DNA of 63,657 nucleotides, counting the filler, from Xylographa opegraphella (taxonomy: Eukaryota), in NCBI GenBank assembly GCA_022813865.1. It is 3 parts of 3 records of this genome, joined end to end, with 100 filler letters (N's around TTAATTAATTAA, not from the genome) between each part and the next. Parts side by side here need not be neighbours in the genome. Positions count along the whole stretch, not along the records: positions 47,871 to 63,657 come from JALDZX010000148.1; 2 more parts are not named here. The stretch is one strand, 5' to 3'. Position numbers and translations under genes: made by a program. Shown here piece after piece: positions 49,202-62,068 of the stretch; the stretch's first letter is position 1; each line of letters starts with the position of its first letter. The notes under the pieces were generated by a model. It was not told the origin of the DNA, ran no database searches, and saw only the letters and a list, made by a program, of their open reading frames with translations.

Positions 49202-51528
49202 ATGGCACGCGCCCATATTGCCGCTTCTCTAGGGGCCGCTTGCTTTGCACTGTTTTTAACCTATCAGCTGATCTCAATCTCCGGATGGTCACAGTTTAGT
49301 TTCTTGAATGTATGTTATGCAAATGTCCGGGGTGGCTCCTTATTCCAATATCCTATATTCTCCAATTTTGACAAACCGCCTTCTGACAATGAATATCTTT
49401 ATTTGCTGGGGGTTGGAAAAGCAGATATCACAGGGTACGAAAATCCATGATCATGATTATCAACAAATTAACCATTTCGACCAGTCCTGTCGTTGAGGTC
49501 AATATGATGGGGTATGCAGATCCAAATCAAGTTGGTTCTGGACTACGTCAAAGGCTTTACTCACGTGCATTTATTGTTGGAGACGTTAGAGACCCTAAAG
49601 ATCGCTTTGTATATTTGGTATTGGACACCCAGTCTGGAGATACTGCAATACGTTATGGTATACTGGAAGGACTCCAGGATCTAGGATCTCAATACTCAGC
49701 CGTTTATGGGCATAATAATGTAGCAGTTACAGGTACACATTCTCATTCTGGTCCAGGAGCCTGGCTGAACTATTTACTCCCACAAATTACAAGTCGGGGA
49801 TTCGACAAGCAAAGCTACCAAGCTATTGTGGATGGCGCCGTCCTCTCCATAAAGAAAGCTCACGAGAGCCTAACGCTAGGGCATTTGAGCTTCGGTTCAA
49901 CCCAAGTGAAAGATGCCAACATCAATCGAAGTCCATTCGCATACCTTGCGAATCCTGCGGAAGAAAGACAGCGATATGAGCACGATGTGGACAAAACACT
50001 TACTATGCTCAAATTCCAAAGACAAGAGGATGGTCTGAATCTAGGAGTTTTGACTTGGTTTCCAGTTCATGGGACATCTATGCTTGGTAACAATACTTTG
50101 ATATCTGGTGACAATAAAGGTGTTGCCGCGAGTCTGTTTGAGAAGAGTATCAAAAACCGTGTGGATGTTGCGCAAGGGTTTGTGGCTGGATTCTCGCAAG
50201 CAAATGTGGGAGACACGTCTCCAAATGTGCTGGGAGCGTTCTGCGAGGACGAGTCAGGCAATGAATGTAACTTTGAGGACAGTACCTGTGGCGGTAGAAA
50301 CGAGCCATGTCATGGAAGAGGCCCCTTCTTCAGAGAGAACGATCAAGGTGCATCGAGCTGTTACGAGATAGGGCGAAGGCAGTTTATTGCGGCAAAGGAA
50401 CTATTCGACTCCTTCAGCGAAAGAAACATCCCTATCAGTGGCTACCCCGTTCGGTCTCTTCATAGTTTTCAAGACTTCTCGAATTTCACTTTTCAGCATC
50501 CCAATGGCTCCACTGTTAAAACTTGCCCTGCCGCCTTGGGTTACTCTTTTGCCGCTGGTACGACCGACGGCCCAGGGGCTTTCGACTTTAAGCAGAACAA
50601 TACTGGATCGCCTAAGGCAAATCCGGTGTGGTCCGTAGTCAAGGGCTTCATCCACGAACCCAGTGAGGAGCAAAAACGTTGCCACCACGGCAAACCCATT
50701 CTGCTCGATGTTGGCGAGATCAAGAACCCTTATCCATGGACACCAAACATAGCTGACATCCAAATTCTCCGTGTAGGTCAATTCTTTATCATCGTGTCAC
50801 CTGGAGAGGCCACCACGATGGCTGGTCGGCGATGGAAACAGGCCTTAGCAAGCAGTGCTAAGTCCTTGGCGCTTACCAAGAACAAAGATCCAATTATCGT
50901 ACTTGGTGGCCCGGCCAATAGCTATACACATTACATTAGTACAGAGGAAGAGTATGCCATTCAGCGTTATGAGGGCGCCTCTACTCTGTACGGTCCTCAT
51001 ACTTTGAATGCGTACATTAACCTGACACTGAGATACCTTCCTTATCTTGCTGAACATCATCCTTCAAAGCCATTTCCAGTCGGACCCTTCCCACCAAATA
51101 ACGTCAACAACTCTCTCAGCTTCATTAATGGCGTGTTCTATGACCGAGCCCCGTTCTTCAAGAATTTTGGTGACACCGTACTTGAGACACCCCTCAACGT
51201 CGCTCCTGGCTCTACCGTCATGGCCACTTTTGTTGGCGCCAATCCACGCAATGATCTCCGCCTCGAGAAATCCTATGCCGCAATTGAGCAATATGTCAAT
51301 GGCGTATGGATCGTTGCGAGGGATGACAGCGACTGGGATCTCGTCTTCGAATGGCGACGGACGAACTCTGTTTTAGGCACAAGTGAAGTCGATATTAGCT
51401 GGCATGTGCCGAGTCTTGAAGATCCGGGCAAGTCCTATAGGATCAAATACTACGGCGCTGCGAAGATGGCCGGGTCCGGTGAGATCGTACAGTTCGAGGG
51501 CATGAGCAGGTTGTTCATAATAACATAA
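49202..51528 (+). CDS. Neutral/alkaline non-lysosomal ceramidase; intron ~49434-49484
   Basis: N-terminal hydrophobic anchor, GVGKADITG-PVVEVNMMGYA, GLRQRLYSRAF, GTHSHSGPG, VHGTSM, GDTSPN, PGEATTMAGRRW, QRYEGASTLYGP. Confidence 0.95.
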
Positions 51529-52465
51529 GAGTTGGAAGCTGACATGGCCCACATGTTCTTCGAGGTAACTACCGGACGCAATCCACCGATAGCACTCTCA
51601 GTGTAGAACCGGTCTCTTTTCGGTATGGAAACTCACATCCGCCTACAAAATATGAACATCAAGAGACCGTCACTGCTGCTTCTCCTGGCACTTTGACCCG
51701 GCTTGGTATTGAGCTACGTAAGCTGGAGAACGTATGCCCGAGCTGGAAATATTACGGTAATATCTTGCAGACATTCTTAGTTGTATTCAGTCTGCGTCGT
51801 TCGGATATGTATAGGGCACTTTGTCTACTGTATACGGAACATCGGATTGAGGTAAAGCCTATGTATGAAATGTCTTTGGAATAGGCTAGGATAGTCCGGT
51901 GTCTTGGTTCCTTAAAAGGTCTTGACTAAAGTTAGGATCGCACACAACAAGCTCTGATGACTCCGATATTTTATACATCTGCTGTTGTGATTGTAGTCTG
52001 ACTAAGGATTTGAAGATTTTACTATTACGAAAGAAAAGTACTTTTACCGTACCATCAACATAGGCTCCGTAATTTGGTGGATTTTCATCTTAGTGAAATC
52101 GACGTGTCATATCTTTTGCCACCGGTGACCCATCAACCCGCCTTTTCTATGCTATTGATAGTGTTCGGATTTCTTAATAGAACACTGGCTATTAATACAA
52201 CTTTCATAGGCTAGCATGAGATCATACTCACCCGAGGTCCTTGCTACTCCCAACCGAATAAGAATACAGCTCACAAGCCCCAGTCGTTCTTCAAGATCAA
52301 TGTTACTACTAGGTGCCCAGACCAGAGAATAGCACCTTGGCAGCACTTGAATCCCCCGTATAAGACTTCGCCTCCGCATCGGGATCGTCCACTAACAACA
52401 CTTCTTAACTTCGATGTTTCATGTTGTGATAATCCAAGTAATCTCTCCTGGGCCTTTGATCAATC

Positions 52466-53878
52466 CTACTTACTCAGTGGATCCAGTTCCTCGACTCCCG
52501 CCTGGCTCTTGTCCTGCACATCAATGCCTCGTTTGCTAGGGTCATTCCGCCTCATTCGCTCCTCCACGGGACCCAGTAGCCTTAAGAAGCCTTCCTTGCC
52601 TAACGTAGCTACCTTGACCTCCTCTGTGCTTACCACACTCGCGGCTCGCGGCTTGTCATCTAGCAGCGCCAGTTCTCCAAAGTAGTCCCCCTTCTTGTAC
52701 GTAGTGAGAGCCTTTTGACCCGTTTCCCGCTTATACACTGCAGCACCACCACTTTCGAGCAGATAAAAAGCTTCTCCCGGATCGCCTTCTCGGATGATGG
52801 TACTTCCGGCTGGAAACTTCTGAGTCTCAAGCGCGTCAGCTATTTTAGAGCGCTCGTACGGTGTCAGGGTCGAGAGAAGTGGCACCTCGTTCAGGAAGGA
52901 CTCGTACATTCGTCGACGAGCAAAAGCTGAGTCCATGAGAATACGACGGAAAGTGATACGGTCGAGATACCAGAGTAGAGAGCCAGCCTCCGTAGACATG
53001 ACGGTTGCCGCGCGGGGAGCATTGTACATCAAAGCGAGCTCGCCGAAAGAGCCTCCCGGACCAATGGTCGTGACCTTTCTACCCGTACCAGCCGGACCTG
53101 GTTGTACACTACCGACGTCATTAATATAAATATCGAAGAACCCCCTCTCAACGACATAGAAGTAGTCGCCAGCGTCGCCCTGGGAGATGACCTTGATCCC
53201 TTTCGCAGGGATTGGCTTTTCAACGAGCGCGCCTAAAATCTGTGACGTTTGTTCGTCATCAAGGTGCGAGAAAAGGAAGTTGCCCGCAACGGCAGCTCTA
53301 AGGCGGGCGAGCTGCTCGTCAGACTTGGAGTGATAAGGCGGTTTCCAGTTATCGTCCATGCTCGACTGTGGATTCATGCTCTCGGCGGAGACGGATGTGC
53401 GGCGACCCATAGCGTAGTTGTTGGGAAAGCCTTCGGTAGGAGCTTGTTGGCTTGGACGGAAGACAGTCGGCGGCTGCGAAGGAGAGAATGAGCTGCTGAA
53501 GGGGGAAGAGGCTTTGCCTTCATCTATGCCACCAAAAGCGCTGCTCGGGGTGAATTTGCGGCCAGCTGACAACGGGTCATTACCGAATGCTGGTGCTGTA
53601 GGGGATGCAGTAGCCTCCATCTCATCTTCCTCTTGCAATTTCTGCATTCCTATGTTGGAGATCGATGCAGACCCGCCATCAAAGGGATTGTTGCCTGGGA
53701 AGTTGCTTTCCGCCATACTGCCGCCCGACTTTGACGAGAGAATGAACTCGTGTCGTTGTGACTCGAGCCTGCGATTGAAAAAGTTGGCGCAGAATTGCAA
53801 AACGTCTTGAGGCTGAGACCGAAGGATCTCACGATTTAGGGTGTTCAGCTCGTTAGTGTATGAAGACGGCAGCGACAT
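52466..53878 (-). CDS. pkaR: cAMP-dependent protein kinase regulatory subunit, 470 aa
   Basis: D/D domain (LRSQPQDVLQFCANFF), inhibitory RRTSVSAES, two cNMP cassettes FGELALMYNAPRAATV and FGELALLDDKPRAASV. Confidence 0.97.
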   Translation of the reverse strand: MSLPSSYTNELNTLNREILRSQPQDVLQFCANFFNRRLESQRHEFILSSKSGGSMAESNFPGNNPFDGGSASISNIGMQKLQEEDEMEATASPTAPAFGNDPLSAGRKFTPSSAFGGIDEGKASSPFSSSFSPSQPPTVFRPSQQAPTEGFPNNYAMGRRTSVSAESMNPQSSMDDNWKPPYHSKSDEQLARLRAAVAGNFLFSHLDDEQTSQILGALVEKPIPAKGIKVISQGDAGDYFYVVERGFFDIYINDVGSVQPGPAGTGRKVTTIGPGGSFGELALMYNAPRAATVMSTEAGSLLWYLDRITFRRILMDSAFARRRMYESFLNEVPLLSTLTPYERSKIADALETQKFPAGSTIIREGDPGEAFYLLESGGAAVYKRETGQKALTTYKKGDYFGELALLDDKPRAASVVSTEEVKVATLGKEGFLRLLGPVEERMRRNDPSKRGIDVQDKSQAGVEELDPLSK

Positions 53879-54449
53879 TCGCGTGAAAGGATACGTCTGG
53901 CTCCAGAGTGAATGGAGATGACGGCAGAGCGCTCGTTTGCTAACGGTAGTTTATACTAGTGGTCGGACAAATAAGTGGAAGCCTTGGAAAAATGTCGGCT
54001 GGCTACCTTAGGGTGCTTACAGGTCGGCTGGGGGCAATTCATTCGATGGAGGAGACACGAATCTCCTCACTTTGCGATTCGACTTTGGCTAAGGCTAAGA
54101 TAACGCCAACATATCCTACGGCAAGTGCGCACTTGTCAGCCTCTCCTGTCTCCGGAATGGCGATTGGGGCTCTCGTGACCCCCCCTTGCATCAACCCCTC
54201 TTCTGGAACTCTTCCAGAAGCCTCTCATCCAAGCTTCTCGAACATTACATATGCATGCGTGCGTAGAAGTGATCCCGAGCCTCCGTTTATACTGCTACTA
54301 CGCGGCTATAATTTGTACTTGGCGCAGCCGTGGGCAATCATAATCATAATCAATGAATGCTTTTTACATAGCCTTGATACCCCTACGACAGAATAACATC
54401 CAGCACATACTTCAGTGCGCAAAGAGCGTAGAAAATCCATCATCCGCCG

Positions 54450-55477
54450 ATGGCGTGCAATAACAACGAGGAGGCGGACGAGGTGCTGTATGTACGGTTG
54501 CATGTCTATGGTTGCTGACACTGCCACTGACGTCGTCCACAGTGAGCTGTCTAGCAATACAATGGCGGCTTTACAAGATTTTTACCATGACCGACATATT
54601 CAACAAAAACGCTTCCAGGAACTCAAGCTGGCAGCAGCATCCAATTCCCGGCAGATGCTCTCAATGGATATGTTTGCGGAGGACTGGAACGCCAGTCAGT
54701 TCTGGGTGAGAAAGAATCGCGGTTTCCAACATTCCCCCATGTTTGGACATCGGCTGAGTAAATACCAAATATGCTAGTATAGCGAAGAGACAGCTTTGAT
54801 TCTTGCGAAAGAAATCCTTGACGAGGCCACTGCGGACACCTGTATTGCTGTAGTGTCCGCTCCTAGTGCGTTCGTTCAGATCAAGAATCTGCTGGTCAGT
54901 GGATACCGGCCGTTGAAAACTTGTTAAAACATTGACTTGACAGCAGGCCTCCAGGGCCGATACAGATGAGGCTTGTCTTCCTGAACTGTGTTTACTTGAG
55001 TTTGATGATCGGTTCGCCCTTCTGAATGAGTTTGTACGCTATGATTTCCATGCTCCTTTGAAACTCCCGGGTAAGGTCACCAGGCCCTGAGAGTTTCGGT
55101 TACGCTCATCAATAGCTTGCAAGCAGCGGAATTGAAGGGCAGATTTGACCGTATCCTTTGCGATCCTCCGTTTCTGAATGCCGACTGTCAGACAAAAGGT
55201 ACGATCCCTTGTCCGATAAGGAAAATAGTGACACTAATAGTATTTTTCAGCTGCTATGACCGTCCGTTGGCTCTCAAAGCCTTCAACAACAGTCGGTACC
55301 ATCCAACCCTGCCCTAGGATCATCGTTTGTACGGGAGAGCGGATGGAGAGCCTTGTACACAAAGTCTATCCCGGCACACATACAACCACGTTCGAGCCTC
55401 AGCATACCCAAGGACGGCTCAGCAACGAATTCCGCTGCTATGCGAACTTTGAGTGTAGTTCCTGGTCTTGGCGATGA
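54450..55477 (+). CDS. EFM5: eEF1A lysine methyltransferase (Efm5/N6AMT2 family), about 6 exons
   Basis: Spliced LSSNTMAALQDF, EDWNASQFW-YS, VSAPS, LLEFDDRF, CDPPFL, CTGERM, LSNEFRCYANF. Confidence 0.88.
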
Positions 55478-58400
55478 ATTGTATGTGCGCCTTTCTCGGG
55501 TCGGCTGAAGCGGAGTTACCTACCTCCGGAGAACATGGTATTCACGACCATGTGGAGGATTATGTCATTGTAGCCACTATATCAGCTTTTGGTGGCAAAT
55601 GAATCTTTACTACCGTCAGGACCGACGAGGCCTCTTAAGAAGACCGAAAGTCTCTTCGTGACATTGGACTTGTCCACATGGATTGCACCACGCACACTGA
55701 CTTGCATATGCCTAGTGCTACGACAGTACCTGTAGGTTGAAAAGGGTCGAGAGCACCTGTTCAATAGTAAACTTACCTTAAAAGGCCCATGCTGGGGGCC
55801 GCTAACGATTAAAGCCCGGTTTAAATTGTCGAAAACGAAACCTTAACAGTTTGAAATAGAGTAACGATATTGAAATAATTATAATAAATTATATAATTGT
55901 TATTTTGAATTTACATTTTGATTATTAATACGTTCGAAGTATTAAACGATTAATAAATAAATATAATTATTATACTGTTATATTTATCAAACGTCGCTGA
56001 TAATGTTTCGTATTTTTATATGTTTAAACCACTTCGAAAATTAATAATAATAAAACTTTAAATTTAATAACAAATTATTTTTAAACGTAAATTATTGTTA
56101 TTTAAATTTTTGAAAATTTGAAAATTTGATTACATTTCGAGTTTTTAAACTGGTTTGTATATGATTTTTATGTCGACGTTTTTTATATTGATTATTGATA
56201 TATATAATGTTAAGAATAACGTTGCCTGGCGAAATATTTCTTACATTGTTTAAAAATAATATAAGCGTTAATTTATTTTTAAATTAACGTAATCGTTTAT
56301 AGAAAAGCTTTTTTTCCTTTAATAAAACAATTTTCTACGTATTTTAATAAATAATTCTGTTAAAAATAACGCTGCTCGATAAATCTTTTTTTATATTATT
56401 TGAAAGTAATATAAACGCTAGCCTGCTATAAGATTAACGTAATTATTAAATTAATATGATTATTAAATTAATATAATCGTTGAATTAACGTAGTCGTTTA
56501 CAAAAAAACTTTTTTCTTTTCAAAAAAGTAATTTTTTAACGTATTTTAATAAATAATTTAATAAAATATTAATTTTACTATTTTAATTCCAGTTATTTAT
56601 TTTAATTATTTATAAACCCGAGTTCGCGCAACGATTAAAATAATCAATTATACGAAATAATTTAATACTTGAAAACTTATTATAAAATATAATATTAATA
56701 AATATTATAATTATTTATTACGCGTTCTTGACGATAAGAATAAATACATATATATTAAACGATTTTTATTACGCTCGTTAAAAAGTAAATAAATTTTACG
56801 ATTATTTATTACGCAATTTCTTTAATAAAAAACAAATATATATATGTTTACGATTATTACTACGCGTTTTTAAAGAATGAATAAATATTTCGTAACTCGA
56901 AAGCTTACGATATTTATAATAATTAATAACGCGAAATTAATATATATATATATATATATTTATAAATAATTTAAAATATAATAATAAATATTTTATAACA
57001 ATACTATTTTTTCTTTAATCGCAAATCGAAGTTATATTATTTAAAAAAATTACTAAATTAATTAATTTGTAAATAAATAAATTAATATTTAATAAACGAC
57101 ATCGTATATTATAATTTAATTTTTTTAATTTTTTATGAAAGATTAGTCGCTATAAATTTTATCGAATTTTATAATTTTAAGTGTTTTTTATTAATAAAAA
57201 CGAATTATTTTATATTCTAGTAAATATTTTATACAATCGAGTAAATACTCAACGTTTACGTTGCAATTACTTCCATAAACTCGATCACGATTAAAGAAAT
57301 GTAAATATATTAAAAAAATTAAAAGATAAATCGTAACAGTAAATCCCATATTAACGATTATTGTCCATATTATTAAAAAGTTTCAGCTCTTTTTTATTCG
57401 TTTTTTAAAAAAAATATAAAATAATCAAACATAATTTTAACGTACGAGAAATTTATAAGGTTAAGAAAAAATTCGTTAAAAAAAACTCGTTTTAAAGCTT
57501 TAAATAATATCGCGTTTTAAAATAAATAAAGCGATGGCGAAATATAGAATAAAGACAGTATTTTTCGTTATTAAAAAGTTATTTAGCCGCGAACGATTAA
57601 AGTTTTATTATAATAAATTTATTGAATATTTTTTATCGAGGAAAATATCGTTTAATGAATTATAATTAAATCTTTTTCGCTAAAAAGTAAATCGATACGA
57701 AAAGTTTAAATAGCTTTTTTAAATATAAATTATTTAATAATAAAATTATCGATAAAAATGAAAAAATAAAATAAAACAACAATCGAAATAAAAGTCATCG
57801 CGAATGTACCGTTAAAAATTAATTAAACGATAATAAATTAATTAATTTTGAATTTAATTTTAAAAATAAAATAATTAAAATTACCGTTTTTGTAAAAGTC
57901 TTTATTAATAGTTTTTTTTAAATTTAATTAAATAATCGATCTTAACGCTTTTATATATAATTAATTAATTTAAATTTTTAATAAATTTCTAATTAAAATA
58001 AAAAAGCGTTGAATAAAAAAATTATATATCGATTATACTAACACGATTATTATATAACATTAAAAAATTATAAAATATTTGTATTTTTAATTCTTTATGT
58101 TTTTAATTGCAATATTAATGTTTTTTAAAAATAAATATACTAAAAAAGCTTGCGTAGTTTTTTAAATAAAAAAATTATATATATATAATTAAAATAATAA
58201 ATAATTAATACTATTCGTAAAAACAATAACGTATATATTATTTAAAATTAATAAAAAAATTAACAATTTCGTTTTTACCACCTTTATTCGCAGTATAATT
58301 AAATATATATTATTTCTTCAAAATATAAAAACGATTTAATTTTTTAAATTAAATAACGTTTTCATATTTAATTAAAAATACTTTCAATTATTCATTAGTA

Positions 58401-59713
58401 ATATAAATTTTACGTTTAAATAAAAAAATTATATCGTTTAAAAATAATATAATTCAAAATATTAAATATATTCTTTAATATTATCGTTTCGTGTATTTAA
58501 AATACGTTAAAATAAACAATTTATAGAATAATCATGATTGAAAAATTATTCGTTATTTCATAAAATATTAAAGATATTTACGAAATTTACGTTTTTTTAA
58601 AATTTTAAAATTAAAGAAATTACGTCGTAAATAAATATAAATTTAAGATTTAAAATTTAAATTTTTAATTTTAGTTAATATATAGAATTCTATTAATATT
58701 TCGCGAAGATTATTTTTACTTTTTTCTATCGTAAATAATTACTTTAAAAATTAAAATATTTCGTTAAAATAGAAATTAAACGCGATCTTCGAATTAAAGA
58801 AATAAAAATAAATTTCAAAATTTTGATTTAGAAAAAATTTTCTAATAATTTCTAATAATAACCATTTTAAGTTTAAGTTTATTTTAAACGATTAAAAAAT
58901 AAATGTTAAATCATTTTATAGTATGTAATATTTTATAAATTAATATAAAATAACATTATTAAATAATTAATATAAATCTCGAGAAATTTAATACGCGTTA
59001 TGTTTAAAAATAAAAAATTTCTCGAATTCTGAACAAAAGTAAAAATTAATTAACGTTTATTTAAAAAATCGAATTAATATTAAATTTATAATCAACGGCA
59101 AATTAAAATCGCTTAAAAAATTTAATTCAATATCATTTAAGATTTAAAAATATCAATATTATTTTTACGTCGATTCGAAAAAAAAGAGAAGAAAATAAAT
59201 CTATACTACGCGATTATATATAAATATTTATAAAATATAATAATCAAATTAATAAATAGTAAGGTTTATAAATATTAAATTTTCAACGCGTTATTAAAAA
59301 TCACGCCATAAAAGTCGAGAAATATATATTTAAAAAATCCATTAATTTTAAACTTTTAAAATAAATTGAAAATATTTGATTTATTAAAAAATTAATAAAA
59401 AGCCATCGTATACTGTTTATAAATAATATAAATATCGCATTAATCGAAAAATATTTCGTTAAAAACCCTCGAAAAAAGTTTTAAAATTCTTAAAAAATTT
59501 AAATAATTAATTACGTTTCAAAATTTATAAAATAAATTTTTTCTTTTTTTTAAATTTTTTTATCAATAATTAAAAAAATTTATATATAGTAAATTTAATC
59601 GAAATTTATTGATCAATGAAGATATTTGAAACGTATTATCGTCTGTTAAACTATTTTTATTTAATCGATATTTAAAAAAGATTTAATAAAATCGATTTTA
59701 ATAATAAGGAATT

Positions 59714-59902
59714 TGTTGAAAATCAGGGCGTTAGCAGTCTGTGTTGTTGGTCCTTTACTATAGCCGATTAGGCCTAGCTTAGTNNNNNNNNNNNNNNNNN
59801 NNNNTGGAGCCCCGTCTCCAGAAGAACTCTTCACCTTCTTAGTGATTAAGCAATGCACTGTTACCTGCTGCCATTACCTGTGCCTAGTGATTAGTTTCAA
59901 TA
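59714..59902 (+). mobile_element. Solo LTR family B, TSD GAATT
   Basis: Identical to 30562-30750, flanked by GAATT on both sides. Confidence 0.9.
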
Positions 59903-60163
59903 GAATTATAATATATTTCTTACGCCTTAATCTCGATCAAGTTTATTATCAATAAATTATTTTTAAGTTAAAAAAAATTCGATAAAATTCTTTTTATTAA
60001 TTAAAATTTCAAAATAATAAAAATATTTCGAGTTAATTTAAAGAATTTGTTACTCGAAATTAAAAAAACTTTAATAATATAATATAGTTAGCGTTTTTAG
60101 CGAAAAATAATAAAAATAACGAATTAATTACGAAATTAAATATTATTCTTACGTTATTAATAT

Positions 60164-60347
60164 TGTGACGGCTATGACATCAGTCACAGGTAATAGGGGT
60201 CGGGCTGGATCAGGACTAGCACCTTTAGTATATAGTCTCGCCCATGGAGNNNNNNNNNNCGCTTCTCCATCTTAATCTGGGTTGAAATCGTCCACCTAAA
60301 GCTTACGTTCTAGGCGTGCTTGTGGGGTGAGTTGATGAGCCGTAACA
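60164..60347 (+). mobile_element. Solo LTR family A, no perfect TSD (AATAT/AATTA)
   Basis: Near-identical to 30162-30344. Confidence 0.9.
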
Positions 60348-61429
60348 AATTACCGCCTGTATTAAATTTTCGATCGTATATTAATATTTGCGTTAATTAA
60401 TTAATTTTTTAATTTTAATACGCGTAGTGAGTCGTAATCGTTTATTAAAATTTTTATAAATTTATATTTTTTTTTATATACAATCTCGTCAGTATTTTCT
60501 TAAAATAATAAATTTAATTTAAACATATAATACGATTCTTTCAATTACGCGTAATTCAAATACCTAAAATTTTCTTTATTTTAAAAAATTTCGCGAATTC
60601 GATTTTAAGTTATTAAATTTTATATAATTAAAAAGTAGCGATGTGAATATCGTTTACGTAAAAAATAGTATAATTTACTTTTTTATAGATTAATAAATAA
60701 GGGTTAATAACGTATAATTCGAATTCAATTCTCGCGAAATTAACGACGCGGCGTTCGTATTTATTTTTAATAAATTATTTAAAATCGTATAAATTTTAAA
60801 GAACTTTAAAGTATTATTTTAATACGATATTAACTTTATTTAATAAAATTACATAAATTTCCTCCTTTAAAAATAATTTAATAAAAGCGTTATTAACGTT
60901 AATTTAATAATATTTTAAATCTTTAAGAACGGCGTAAACGAGAAACAGGCGTAAAATATTATATTTTATTATTATAATAAAAGTATTTTAATAGTTAACG
61001 TCATATTTCTACGAAAATTCTTCTACGATAAAACGTACCTTTAATTTATTAAAAAAGCCGTTAATATAAAATTTTAATTTAAAATTTTAATTATTAATAA
61101 TAATATTAACCCCTTTTGATAGCATAATTTTTTTTAAAATATTATTAAATGCCAGCGTAATAAGTTTAGTATTAGTAATCTTTTTTTCATAACTCCCTTT
61201 AAAATAGAGCTTTCACTACTTTTTTAAATATTAAAGGAACAAGAATATTAATATATTTTATTTTATTTTATTTTTATTTTTATTAATTAAAAACGCGCCG
61301 ATTATAATTCGTAAGCGTTTTAATATTTCTATTTCGCTAAAATTTATTTAATTTCGTTTTCGCTTTAAAACGGCGATATATCAAAAAAATTCCATCATTT
61401 TTAAATAATCGGCGATTATTTCGATCGAG

Positions 61430-61570
61430 ATTGATTAAAATACGATTAATTAAAATACGATTATTAAAAATACGATTAATTAAAATATGATTAATTCAAA
61501 TACGATTAATTAAAATACCATTGATTAAAATACGATTGTTTAAAATACCATTGATTAAAATACGATTAAT
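61430..61570. repeat. Degenerate 20-bp tandem array (ATTAAAATACGATTAATT-type)
   Basis: Recurrent AAAATACGATT/AAAATACCATT at about 20-bp spacing. Confidence 0.8.
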
Positions 61571-62068
61571 AAGATTTTTAATGTTTTACTTTTAAAAATA
61601 TTAATATAAAAAAGAATTTTAATCGCTGTTCATTCAAGCGAGTGATTAAATCTTTAACGCTTTAATTTTAAAAATAACGACGTAAAAGAAAGTTTTAATC
61701 GCTATCGACTTAAAAGCGAATAATATAATAAAAGTTGCCAAATTAAATTCGTAGTTCGAATTATTTATAAATCTTTTAAATACGTTTTTTTCTTATATAA
61801 TAACTTTTAAATATTATACCTAGAAATTTAGGTTTATATATAAAAATAGAATTTTTTTTAATTAATATTAAAATAAATTTTTAACGAATTTAATTATACG
61901 TTTAATAGCCTTTTTAATATATAATTTTTTAATCGAATTTTTAATAAATAAAATATTTATCGTTTACGTACGTACTCTAACATCAATAATTTTCTCGATT
62001 TCGTTTTTGAAAAACTTAATAGCGTAATTTTTAATAATTCGATTTAAATTTAATATTTATAGCAAATA

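Larger units (their letters stand above)
55774..62060 (+). mobile_element. RIP-degraded family X element starting at its terminus, plus unresolved relics
   Basis: Terminus shared with 62-128; ~150-bp tandem units (~56216, ~56366) and 17-bp units (56433-56500); inverted homology to 24115-25618. Right boundary unknown. Confidence 0.7.

Noticed and set aside
128..55774. Whole gene block as Starship cargo
   Set aside because: No DUF3435 captain gene is visible, the genes are core housekeeping, the element bodies point outward, and contig joins intervene.
55769..55850. U1 snRNA-like start ACTTACCTTAA
   Set aside because: No ATTGCAC loop or Sm site, and the homologous copy at 62-128 lacks ACTTACC.
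58271..58300. FLPP-like transposase motif in family X
   Set aside because: Too short and needs frameshifts; cannot classify the element.
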